Shown here: positions 55,995 through 64,000 of the stretch, piece by piece | Numbering within the stretch: position 1 is the stretch's first letter | Layout: every line of letters begins with the position of its first letter | Virus record (IMG/VR): IMGVR_UViG_3300020442_000005 | Span: 124,001 to 188,000 of that record | DNA length: 64,000 nucleotides | Reading direction: 5' to 3' (one strand) | Notes under the pieces: generated by a model | The model's database searches: none | Seen by the model: the letters and a program-made list of their open reading frames with translations, nothing else | What the model was told of the DNA's origin: nothing | Program-made: the position numbers and the translations under genes

Positions 55995-56580
55995 AACTAT
56001 CTTAGCGGATCCACCATGGAAACTTTGTACCGGCGGGTCAAAGTCGCTAGCCGTGCATACACATTATCCAGTCCAGAAAAAAGACGAAATAATTCAAACA
56101 ATGAAAGATTGGCTTGACCAATACGATATTGCAGACGAAGCTCATCTATATCTATGGACCGTCAATTCATATTCTGCTGGTTACAGTCGAGGCATATTGG
56201 ATGCTGTTGATGTATGTAATGCGCTAGGATTTAAGCCGATAACAAATATAGTATGGACTAAGCCTCAATCAAATCCAACCCCATATGGTCAAAGAGCTGT
56301 TGAGCTATGTTTATTTGGAGCGCGTTGGAGAAAAGGTATGCATAGGGAAGTGATGTACAAGGGGACTCAAAACCCCGAATGTGTTGCAAATCCTGGATTA
56401 GTCAAGAGTGTCGATTGGTTTACGGCAGATAGACGTGACCACTCGCGAAAACCCGACGAGTTCTATAATTATATTATGAACCGTTCACAAGGACCCTATC
56501 TAGAGCTCTACAGTCGAACCACTCATCCAGGCTGGAATGTAGTAGGAAATCAAACTGATAAATTTAAAATAGGAAATTAA
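55984..56580 (+). CDS. MT-A70-family N6-adenine methyltransferase
   Basis: Motifs ILADPPW, HLYLWT, IVWTK, HSRKPDEFY and YLELYSR. Confidence 0.88.
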   Translation: MKIKTILADPPWKLCTGGSKSLAVHTHYPVQKKDEIIQTMKDWLDQYDIADEAHLYLWTVNSYSAGYSRGILDAVDVCNALGFKPITNIVWTKPQSNPTPYGQRAVELCLFGARWRKGMHREVMYKGTQNPECVANPGLVKSVDWFTADRRDHSRKPDEFYNYIMNRSQGPYLELYSRTTHPGWNVVGNQTDKFKIGN

Positions 56581-56581
56581 T

Positions 56582-56746
56582 ATGAAGTCAAAAGACGAAC
56601 TTTCACGTGATTTTGTAAAAATTAATCGATTGCACCGTGACTTGAAGTGGATGGTTTATGATCCAGAATATGATAAGCAAGAATTAAAAGATGCCGTCAA
56701 AGTACTGGCAGAAATTAAAGAAATCATTAGAAAAAAACTGGAATAG
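56582..56746 (+). CDS. Small hypothetical protein (54 aa; not in ORF track)
   Basis: MKSKDELSRDFVK...KKLE exactly fills the gap between the MTase and ClpS; SD AGGA. Confidence 0.6.
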   Translation: MKSKDELSRDFVKINRLHRDLKWMVYDPEYDKQELKDAVKVLAEIKEIIRKKLE

Positions 56747-56748
56747 AT

Positions 56749-57087
56749 ATGTCACAAAAAAAGAGAAAAGACGCAGATGGATCTTCTGGCGTAGATCTAT
56801 TGGATAAGGATAAAGCTAAGAACAAGGTTAGGCCACCTAGTAAATATAAAGTCGTGTATCACAATGATAACTTTACGCCAATGGATTTAGTTGTCTTGTC
56901 ATTAATACATTTTTTTAAGCGAGAACCTACCGCTGCTTTTCAAATCATGATGCATGTACACGAAAAGGGAAGAGGTGTCGCTCAAGGAGGACTATCGCGA
57001 GAAATTGCTGAAACAAAATGCGATCGCGTGGTACAATGGTTTAAGTCACAAGGATATCCCTTGTTGGCAACTTTCGAAAAGGAATAG
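56749..57087 (+). CDS. clpS: ClpS N-end-rule adaptor
   Basis: Motifs PPSKYKVVYHNDNFTPMDLVV, MMHVHEKG, REIAETK and GYPL. Confidence 0.92.
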   Translation: MSQKKRKDADGSSGVDLLDKDKAKNKVRPPSKYKVVYHNDNFTPMDLVVLSLIHFFKREPTAAFQIMMHVHEKGRGVAQGGLSREIAETKCDRVVQWFKSQGYPLLATFEKE

Positions 57088-57097
57088 GAGAGAAAAA

Positions 57098-57364
57098 ATG
57101 GCTAATACATCATTAACTTTAGACGATAAAACTATCGGACAAATCGCAAAATGCGTGCAAGTTGCAATTTTAACTGGTACAGACGTTGTAGATCATTTAC
57201 GTCAGTTACAGCTTACTGTAAATACAGAAACATCAAGTATTACTGTTACTGATGAATATTTATCTGTATTCAATGCAAATATTGAAAAAATGTTACAAGA
57301 GGCTGCAGAAAAGGCAACGGAACAGGCGCAAAATGAACCACAACAACTAAGTTTATTTGAGTAA
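57098..57364 (+). CDS. Hypothetical protein
   Basis: Start reassigned to ATG 57098 (SD AGGAG); ends in QQLSLFE. Confidence 0.65.
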   Translation: MANTSLTLDDKTIGQIAKCVQVAILTGTDVVDHLRQLQLTVNTETSSITVTDEYLSVFNANIEKMLQEAAEKATEQAQNEPQQLSLFE

Positions 57365-57370
57365 ATAATA

Positions 57371-58090
57371 GTGAAGGCTAGGCAGAAAAAGAGAATTAAG
57401 GATACCGCAGCATTAGTAAAAAACGTAAAGGAAATGCATGATGATATGCATTCCTTGTATATCGAATATGATTTGGACCTTAAGGATTTCTTTTTAAGCC
57501 TGGCTGGAGCTGATAACAATAAACAACAACCCAAGCCAAAAACAGGTCAAGAAAGCGAAACGTTTGAATCTCATGATATATCGGTGTCTAAAGAAAATCA
57601 GACATATGATGAACAGCCGGGCGAAACATCAAAATCAAAGAAAGCTCCCCCAAAATCAAAGGGACGTCCACCAAAGCGAAAAATTAAAGAAGTCTATAGA
57701 GCAATAATGAAATTGTGCCATCCGGACAAAATGAAAATGGAAGATCTGGAAGAAAGAGAGTATTATCGACGAAAGGCAGCTCTCAAAATATGTTCAGATG
57801 CTTATCCAAAGAATGATTATGAAGCCCTGATATTTGCGGCCGCATTGGTTGAAATATATGTACCTGGAGTTTCAGAAAAAGAATACATCGATAACCTTAA
57901 TAGCCTTTACTCAAAATACAACCAAAACATATCCAGGATTCAGACTAGTGTAGAATGGGCTTGGGGAACAAACTGGGATACTCTTGAATCAAGATATAAA
58001 ATTATCTCAATGCTTTGCGCAGCAAGAGGTATTCCATTGCCTGAAAAGATACAGGTTATTGAAAAATTAATCGAACATGAAACAAAATAA
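57371..58090 (+). CDS. J-domain (DnaJ-like) protein
   Basis: IKEVYRAIMKLCHPDK contains the HPD motif. Confidence 0.75.
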   Translation: MKARQKKRIKDTAALVKNVKEMHDDMHSLYIEYDLDLKDFFLSLAGADNNKQQPKPKTGQESETFESHDISVSKENQTYDEQPGETSKSKKAPPKSKGRPPKRKIKEVYRAIMKLCHPDKMKMEDLEEREYYRRKAALKICSDAYPKNDYEALIFAAALVEIYVPGVSEKEYIDNLNSLYSKYNQNISRIQTSVEWAWGTNWDTLESRYKIISMLCAARGIPLPEKIQVIEKLIEHETK

Positions 58091-58100
58091 ATAAAAATCC

Positions 58101-58129
58101 GTGTGAACCCTTGCAGAATGGGGTAAATT
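58101..58129 (+). promoter_or_regulatory. Promoter GTGTGA-N17-TAAATT with an upstream A-tract
   Basis: Same hexamers as 40093; heads a cluster of small genes. Confidence 0.6.
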
Positions 58130-58172
58130 ATATATGTAAGGAGAAACCTTGCAGGTTCATCATGGAGTAATT

Positions 58173-58538
58173 ATGACCAAAAAACTGACAATGTTTGACC
58201 GCGCTAAGCGCACCTCTTTGGGTAGCCTTTGGCGCACCGGCTTCGTTACGGAGTACGGCGCAGAAGACAAGTTTGCAGCTGCTGTGGCTGCTCATGACAG
58301 CGCTTGGCTCGAGCACAAGGAACTTTGCGCCGAGCAAAAGATTAAGCGTTTAGAGGATAAAGGCGTGACAGCAGATCAAAAGCTGCTTTCAAAAGAACTT
58401 GAACAGCTTGAAAAAAGCATCGCCCACTCAGCATACCGTAACGACGGTTGGCTGAATGCAAGACAGCTTGAGCTCAGTCAATACGGAATGGTGATTGACA
58501 TCATCGCGTACCGCGCCCTTTGTAAACTTCAAAAGTAG
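58173..58538 (+). CDS. Hypothetical protein
   Basis: Start reassigned to ATG 58173 (SD GGAG). Confidence 0.6.
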   Translation: MTKKLTMFDRAKRTSLGSLWRTGFVTEYGAEDKFAAAVAAHDSAWLEHKELCAEQKIKRLEDKGVTADQKLLSKELEQLEKSIAHSAYRNDGWLNARQLELSQYGMVIDIIAYRALCKLQK

Positions 58539-58548
58539 GAGAAAGAAT

Positions 58549-58890
58549 ATGTATCGCACACACGAAGAAATATACGGTATCACGGAAGAACAAATGAATG
58601 AAAGACATGCAAAAAACGAATTGCTTGGTCAAATTGAACAACAATCCAAAGTTGCTGGCAGTCATGACCGCCTCCATAAACAACATCTACCAACATGGAC
58701 AATCAAACACGCTCAAGAGGCTTACAAGCGATCAGCCAGGGTACTTGACTTGATCTCAAGTGTAGAAACCTCTCCAGAACTCACTGAAGGAAACAAGCTG
58801 TGGATTCAGACACGCTTTGAGTTAGCTCAGCAGCTCATGGAAAAATATTCTTGGGTAGCAACAAGACTTGACGAACCTTATAAATCATAA
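58549..58890 (+). CDS. Hypothetical protein
   Basis: Start reassigned to ATG 58549 (SD AGGAG). Confidence 0.6.
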   Translation: MYRTHEEIYGITEEQMNERHAKNELLGQIEQQSKVAGSHDRLHKQHLPTWTIKHAQEAYKRSARVLDLISSVETSPELTEGNKLWIQTRFELAQQLMEKYSWVATRLDEPYKS

Positions 58891-58906
58891 TCATCGAGGA
58901 GAAAAA

Positions 58907-59146
58907 ATGACAGAAAAACAATTTCAGAAAAAAGCACTTGCAGTCATCAAGGCAACACCCGGGCTTACACGAATGGAATGGTTCGAAGCAACCTGTGAAA
59001 AGGATAATCAAAACTGTTTGACATGGCATCAGTTTAAGTTCCAGGTGGCATTGCAGCTTATTCTCGGCGGCCATGTGAAGGCTGAAGGAGACAAGTTCTT
59101 TCATGTATTACATAAACAAACACCAGATACAAAGGATGCAAAATGA
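58907..59146 (+). CDS. Small winged-helix-like protein
   Basis: Start reassigned to ATG 58907 (SD GAGGAG); ALAVIKATPGLTRMEW...LILGGHVKAEGDKFF. Confidence 0.55.
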   Translation: MTEKQFQKKALAVIKATPGLTRMEWFEATCEKDNQNCLTWHQFKFQVALQLILGGHVKAEGDKFFHVLHKQTPDTKDAK

Positions 59147-59616
59147 AACGCGTATTATTTGCTCACGGAAAAGAGGGTAGCCCTAATGGGACAAAAGCAA
59201 TGATGCTAAAAGACAAATTTGACGTCACTATTCCTAAACTTACAAACAGCTATGAGATGGTTGATTTTCTTGAAGATTTAGACATTATCGAAAATATCGG
59301 CAAAGAAGTTGACGTCATGATTGGAAGTAGTCGCGGTGGAGCACTAGTGGCTCAGGCCAGAAATGACGTGCGCAAAATTTTGATATGTCCTGCATGGAAA
59401 AAATTCAAAACACTTTTGCTTCCGTATCTCACCGCGGACGATATCATTATTCACAGTAAGGCCGATGATTTAGTGCCTTTTGAGGATAGCGTCCTCTTAC
59501 GAGACACTTACGGATGTACACTGATAGAAGCCGGTTATGATCACCGCATGGGCGATGATGAAACACTCGCATTGATCGAAGAAACAGTTAGAAAAGTACT
59601 TGAAGGAGAATTATAA
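59143..59616 (+). CDS. Alpha/beta hydrolase (YqiA-like esterase)
   Basis: Motifs FAHGKEGSP, nucleophile GSSRGG, IIHSKADDLVP and DHRM. Confidence 0.85.
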   Translation: MKRVLFAHGKEGSPNGTKAMMLKDKFDVTIPKLTNSYEMVDFLEDLDIIENIGKEVDVMIGSSRGGALVAQARNDVRKILICPAWKKFKTLLLPYLTADDIIIHSKADDLVPFEDSVLLRDTYGCTLIEAGYDHRMGDDETLALIEETVRKVLEGEL

Positions 59617-59789
59617 TGACACAACCATGGGATCCAGAATACAGAAGACCTCGAAAAAGAAAACGTACAAGTTTACGCTACAGAGTTAAGAGAAAAATAA
59701 AAACAGGATTGTTTGCTTTAGGGCTTGTCTCTGTCTGCTATATGGCAGTAGCAAAGCACACAATTGCGGCAGCTAATTCTGTAAAATAA
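59616..59789 (+). CDS. Small basic membrane protein (57 aa; not in ORF track)
   Basis: TAATG overlap; SD AAGGAG; Arg/Lys-rich N-terminus followed by a hydrophobic segment. Confidence 0.55.
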   Translation: MTQPWDPEYRRPRKRKRTSLRYRVKRKIKTGLFALGLVSVCYMAVAKHTIAAANSVK

Positions 59790-59807
59790 CGCAGCAGCAT
59801 GTAGAAT
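59779..59807 (+). promoter_or_regulatory. Promoter CTGTAA-N17-TAGAAT
   Basis: 17-bp spacing; upstream of dnaE. Confidence 0.65.
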
Positions 59808-59842
59808 GACATGTCTGTTTAAATTAAATTTAGGAGTAATTT

Positions 59843-62800
59843 ATGAGTAGAACCCCGAAAAACTTTGTTGGTCTTCACGCCCATGATGGCTTTAGTACCT
59901 TCGATGGATTAGATTATCCGCAAGATCATATTGATTTCGTGATTGAGAATGGCATGAATGCGTTGGCAATCACAAACCATGGCCACATGAATTCATTTGC
60001 ACATGCATATTTGCATTCTCAAAAAGTAAATAAATCTGGAACGCCTTTTAAGTTCATTCCAGGGTGCGAAATGTACGTACATCCTGATTTGCAGGTTTGG
60101 CAGGCTCAATATGATTTGGCTCGTGCGAACAAGAAAGGTGACGATGTTGAAATCGCCAGATTAAAGGATCTTTTAAAAGAGCTGGATGCGCTAGCGTCTT
60201 CTGACGACAACGTTGCTGAAAGCGATACAGACGATGCTGGACTTACGGTTGAAAACGAAGAGGAAACAAAGTCAGGTAAGTTTTACGATCCAGTAAAAAG
60301 ACGGCACCACTTGGTTGTTTTGCCAAAGACCTCTGTCGGCTTGCAACGGCTTTTCCATTTGGTTTCTAGAGGGTATAAAGAGGGATTCTATCGCTTTCCA
60401 CGAGTCGATTATAATATGATCCGTGAAGCTGCAGAAGGCGGCCACATTATATTATCTACAGCATGCTTGGGCGGTCCGCTGTCGTATGAAGTATTCAGAC
60501 ACTTTCAAGACAAAGAGTTTGATGATTTAGTTCCAGAGTTGCTTGATGATTCTGCAACTATGGACAAAGTGATGGCGAGTGTAGAGACCGGCTACAATCA
60601 GCTGGTTGCATCTGTCGGTCCGGACAATCTTTACCTTGAATTGCAGTTTAACAGACTGAACGCACAGCATTTAGTTAATCGTGCACTCATTACTTTTGCG
60701 AAACAAAATAATCTAGAACACATGTTAATCGTGACTTGTGACTCTCATTATTCTCGCCCGGGACACTGGAAAGAAAGAGAGTTATACAAAAAACTAGGTT
60801 GGCTTGGCCACAAGAGTTTCGATCCATCCCAACTTCCACAGTCAATTGATGAGCTCAAGTGTGAGCTGTATCCTAAGAACGCAGAGCAGGTCTGGGACAC
60901 TTACAGAAAAACAACTGTAAACTATGAATGGTATAACGATGAAATCGTCTGTGACGCGATAGAGAGAACCCATCAAATTGCTTTTGATGTGATCGAGGAT
61001 ATTCATCCTAATACAGACATGAAGCTGCCGTCTTATACAATACCGAAGGGTAAAGATGCGAACACAGCAATGATAGAAGCGTGTAAAGCTGGTCTTATTA
61101 AAAAAGGCTTGCATCGTGACAGAAAATACGTTGATCAACTTAAGCATGAATTGAGAGTAATCTTTGACAAAGAGTTTGCAGAATATTTTATCACAACAAA
61201 AGCGATTATTGACCTTGCCAAAAAGCATATGTTTGTCGGACCGGGCCGCGGCTCTGGTGCTGGATCTCTAGTAAATTATGTTCTTGGAATTACAGATGTA
61301 GATCCTCTAAAATATGGTCTACTATTCTCGAGATTCATGGATCCTAACAGATCAGATTATCCGGATATTGACACGGACATTGGTGACCGCGATAAACTTC
61401 TTCACTTGATGCGTGATAAGTTCGGCCATGACAACATTGTACCCATTTCAAATTATAACAGGTTTCAGCTGAAGTCATTAGTAAAAGACATTTCAAGATT
61501 TTATGGACTTGATTTCTCATACGTGAACAAGGCACTAGCTCCACTTGAGCGTGATATAAAACAGGGACTACGTAACGATGGTGTAGAGCTAAATGGTCCA
61601 GTTCAGCCAACGTTCGAATGGGCTATGAAGTATTCTCCAGCTTTCCAAGAACTAATCGATAATCACCCTGAGATTGCTGAACCGATCGGAGTATTGTTTA
61701 AACAGAACAAGGCGCTCGGTCGACATGCTGGCGGTGTCATCGTCTCAGAAAACATTGCTGAGAGAATGCCGCTTATTATGGCAAAAGGTGAACTACAAAC
61801 ACCGTGGGTAGAAGGCGCGTCATACAAACACTTAGAGCATTTTGGTTGGGTTAAGTTTGATCTGCTTGGCTTAGAAACTCTTCGTATCATGGAACGCACT
61901 ATCGAACTTATTCTCAAACGTAAGAAAGGTTACACCGATGTTACATTCGGACAAATCAAATACTGGTTTGATCACAACATGGGTAACGATGTGATCGATT
62001 GGGATGACCAAGAAGTGTACAAGGTCTATGAAGAAGGTCGTTGGGCTGGCATCTTCCAGTGTACTAACAACGGCGCGCAAAGATTGTTTCAACGAGCAAA
62101 GCCAAAATCCATCCTTGATATTGCTGCTTTGACTTCAATCTATCGTCCTGGTCCGCTTGCTATGAGCATTGACAAGAAATACGTTAAGGCCAAAAACAAT
62201 CCGGAAGATATCAAATATGATCATCCCATTCTTGAGGAAATACTTTCAGAAACCTATGGAATGCTAGTGTTTCAGGAACAGACAATGGCCATCGTAAATA
62301 GGCTTGGCCAAATACCTTTGGATGAGTGTAACTCAATTCGTAAAATGATGAAACCACAGCAGTCCTCTGCAGAAGCAACGCGTAAAGCGAAAGCACTCAA
62401 AAGCCGTATTGTTGATGGGTTTATGGCATCCGGACTAGATCCATATCAGGCTGACAAGCTATACGCAAACATTATGAAGTTTACGGCGTATTCTTTCAAC
62501 AAGTCTCATGCTGTGGCATACGCTATGGACTCTTACTATTGTGCATGGCTGATGACATACTATGAAGAGGAGTGGCTCTGTGCATATCTAGAATCCATGG
62601 AAAAGAATGCAGACAAGCGTAACAAAGCATTCAGTGAAGTAAAAGCCCTGGGGTATGAAATCGTTCCAATCGATATTAATTATGCAACCGATTCTTGGGC
62701 TATCTTAGATGGAAAGAAGTTTATGCCTTCGTTCTCGTCTTGTAAAGGTATTGGAGATGCTGCCATTCATGAGATAATTGCTTTGCGTAATAAGCAGAAG

Positions 62801-63448
62801 GGCAAGCGTTTTTCTACCATCGAGTCTATCATGTACGACAAAGATATGGTTTGGCAGCTTTCCAAGTTTAATAAGAAGGCAATGGAGGCTCTGGTGAATA
62901 TTAAGGCCTTCGATTCTATGAATATAGTTGGCTTATCAAGTCGATTTGAGAATTACAATCATATGCGTGAGGCACTCATCCCGGGATGGCAAAAGTGGAA
63001 AAAGCGCCTGAAGAGTGATCCAAAGAGAGGCTATAACGATATGTTAGCGTCAATTGAGTCGACCGCAGGAACACCGGCGTTTACCAGGAAAGAAATCATC
63101 CAGAATGAAATGAATCATTTAGGATCTGTATCTATCGAAACATTGATACCGCCAAGATATATTGCACGATTCAACGAGGAACAATGGTCTCCAGTTGACG
63201 AGTTTGATAACCCTAACAAGCCCTATTGGTTCGTTGTTGTTCAGGCTGTAAAGAAAAAGACAAAGACTGGAAGAAATTATCTTCGATTGAAAATCATGGG
63301 ATCAAACGGAAAACAGTACTGGTGTAATTGCTGGGGCTGGAACGGTGTCGACACTGTGGATCCATACACGGTTTGTGTAGGTTACATTAGTGAAAACTCT
63401 TTTGGTAAGTCTACAAAATGGTCAAAAATGGAAATATTCCTTGGTTGA
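59843..63448 (+). CDS. dnaE: DNA polymerase III alpha subunit (family C)
   Basis: PHP domain LHAHDGFSTFDG/AITNHG; GRGSGAGSL; catalytic PDIDTD; HAGGV; KFDLLGL; FNKSHA; C-terminal OB fold. Confidence 0.95.
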   Translation: MSRTPKNFVGLHAHDGFSTFDGLDYPQDHIDFVIENGMNALAITNHGHMNSFAHAYLHSQKVNKSGTPFKFIPGCEMYVHPDLQVWQAQYDLARANKKGDDVEIARLKDLLKELDALASSDDNVAESDTDDAGLTVENEEETKSGKFYDPVKRRHHLVVLPKTSVGLQRLFHLVSRGYKEGFYRFPRVDYNMIREAAEGGHIILSTACLGGPLSYEVFRHFQDKEFDDLVPELLDDSATMDKVMASVETGYNQLVASVGPDNLYLELQFNRLNAQHLVNRALITFAKQNNLEHMLIVTCDSHYSRPGHWKERELYKKLGWLGHKSFDPSQLPQSIDELKCELYPKNAEQVWDTYRKTTVNYEWYNDEIVCDAIERTHQIAFDVIEDIHPNTDMKLPSYTIPKGKDANTAMIEACKAGLIKKGLHRDRKYVDQLKHELRVIFDKEFAEYFITTKAIIDLAKKHMFVGPGRGSGAGSLVNYVLGITDVDPLKYGLLFSRFMDPNRSDYPDIDTDIGDRDKLLHLMRDKFGHDNIVPISNYNRFQLKSLVKDISRFYGLDFSYVNKALAPLERDIKQGLRNDGVELNGPVQPTFEWAMKYSPAFQELIDNHPEIAEPIGVLFKQNKALGRHAGGVIVSENIAERMPLIMAKGELQTPWVEGASYKHLEHFGWVKFDLLGLETLRIMERTIELILKRKKGYTDVTFGQIKYWFDHNMGNDVIDWDDQEVYKVYEEGRWAGIFQCTNNGAQRLFQRAKPKSILDIAALTSIYRPGPLAMSIDKKYVKAKNNPEDIKYDHPILEEILSETYGMLVFQEQTMAIVNRLGQIPLDECNSIRKMMKPQQSSAEATRKAKALKSRIVDGFMASGLDPYQADKLYANIMKFTAYSFNKSHAVAYAMDSYYCAWLMTYYEEEWLCAYLESMEKNADKRNKAFSEVKALGYEIVPIDINYATDSWAILDGKKFMPSFSSCKGIGDAAIHEIIALRNKQKGKRFSTIESIMYDKDMVWQLSKFNKKAMEALVNIKAFDSMNIVGLSSRFENYNHMREALIPGWQKWKKRLKSDPKRGYNDMLASIESTAGTPAFTRKEIIQNEMNHLGSVSIETLIPPRYIARFNEEQWSPVDEFDNPNKPYWFVVVQAVKKKTKTGRNYLRLKIMGSNGKQYWCNCWGWNGVDTVDPYTVCVGYISENSFGKSTKWSKMEIFLG

Positions 63449-63452
63449 AAAA

Positions 63453-63481
63453 TTATAAACTTATGATTTTTTGATTATAAT
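63453..63481 (+). promoter_or_regulatory. Promoter TTATAA-N17-TATAAT
   Basis: 17-bp spacing; upstream of 63508. Confidence 0.7.
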
Positions 63482-63507
63482 GTAGCAAAGATCTGAAGGG
63501 AGAATTG

Positions 63508-64000
63508 ATGAAAACAGTATCTGATGTACGCAATATGTTTGCGCAAAAATACCTCAACAATGAATTTGTTGTCGACAAGTCTGGTTGCAAAATGCTTGAA
63601 GTGCTTGGTGTATCTTTCATTGCTGATGATGAAACCATATTTGGAAAAGTAAACTATGCGTACATTAAGAAAGAACTAGACTGGTATTTAAGTCAATCTC
63701 TCAATGTTTATAACATACCTGATACCCCTACAATCTGGAAGCAAGTTGCGACAGCTGAAGGCCAGATTAATTCCAACTACGGATATCTTATATTTTCTGA
63801 CGTCAATGGCCATCAATACGATTATGCCTTGAAGGCTTTGCTAGCTGATGAAAACACACGTCGTGCTTGCATGATTTACACTCGGCCTTCTATTCAAACT
63901 GAATACAACACGGCTGACATGTCAGATTTTATTTGCACCAATGCGGTAACTTACTTCATAAGAGATAATCGATTGAGCTGTGTTGTGCAGATGCGTTCGA
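63508..64000 (+). CDS. dCMP hydroxymethylase (T4 gp42-like, thymidylate synthase fold), partial; not in ORF track
   Basis: My translation FVVDKSG..LEVLGVSFIADDETIFG..YIKKELDWY..TPTIWKQVA..GQINSNYG..RRACMIYTRPS..MSDFICTN..VVQMRS tracks T4 gp42 motif by motif. Confidence 0.85.
   Translation, partial: MKTVSDVRNMFAQKYLNNEFVVDKSGCKMLEVLGVSFIADDETIFGKVNYAYIKKELDWYLSQSLNVYNIPDTPTIWKQVATAEGQINSNYGYLIFSDVNGHQYDYALKALLADENTRRACMIYTRPSIQTEYNTADMSDFICTNAVTYFIRDNRLSCVVQMRS

Noticed and set aside
56749-57087. Idea that leader cleavage exposes N-degrons for the phage ClpS
   Set aside because: Residues after the predicted final cut sites are mostly A, T, S, G or M rather than F/L/W/Y, so there is no consistent support.
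59843-63448. Inteins or introns in dnaE, nrdJ, helicase or recA
   Set aside because: Lengths are ordinary and no C...HN splice or LAGLIDADG motifs were seen. The acidic PHP insertion in DnaE is short.
1-64000. Stop-codon reassignment, tRNA genes, mobile elements
   Set aside because: Genes tile densely in the standard code and end in TAA, TAG and TGA. No cloverleaf, transposase or homing endonuclease was recognised by eye; tRNAscan was not run.

Overview
This AT-rich window comes from a large T4-like (jumbo) myophage. All credible genes are on the + strand and use the standard code. 1-35 kb is the virion module: probable portal C-terminus, gp21 prohead protease, bS21, gp22 scaffold, gp23 capsid, neck gp13/14/15, two tail sheaths, tube, a chaperone pair joined by a probable frameshift, tape measure and baseplate. 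35-64 kb covers replication and nucleotide metabolism: minimal PolA-like protein, gp32, UvsX/RecA, 5'-3' exonuclease, DnaB-type helicase, class II RNR, ThyX, two adenine methyltransferases, Fpg/Nei, DnaE and a partial gp42-like dCMP hydroxymethylase. It also holds ClpP, ClpS, a J-domain protein and an amidase endolysin. The most striking signal is a dispersed family of about 16 genes, mostly in tandem arrays. They share an N-terminal leader, M-K-I-(S/T)-K-R-Q-L-K-R-I-I-(K/R)-E-(E/A), often extended by Y-x-x-L-K-x-Q-G-L-I-x-E, and carry unrelated C-terminal cargo domains (ADP-ribosyltransferase, GNAT, winged-helix-like, acidic peptides). The leaders end in gp21-type (I/L)-x-E sites, and several arrays sit behind a putative late-promoter motif (ATA[A/C/T]TTA). 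I infer a modular capsid-targeting system that loads interchangeable effectors for injection into the host. Two promoter classes were also read directly from the sequence. All family assignments come from motif recognition by eye; no database searches were run.
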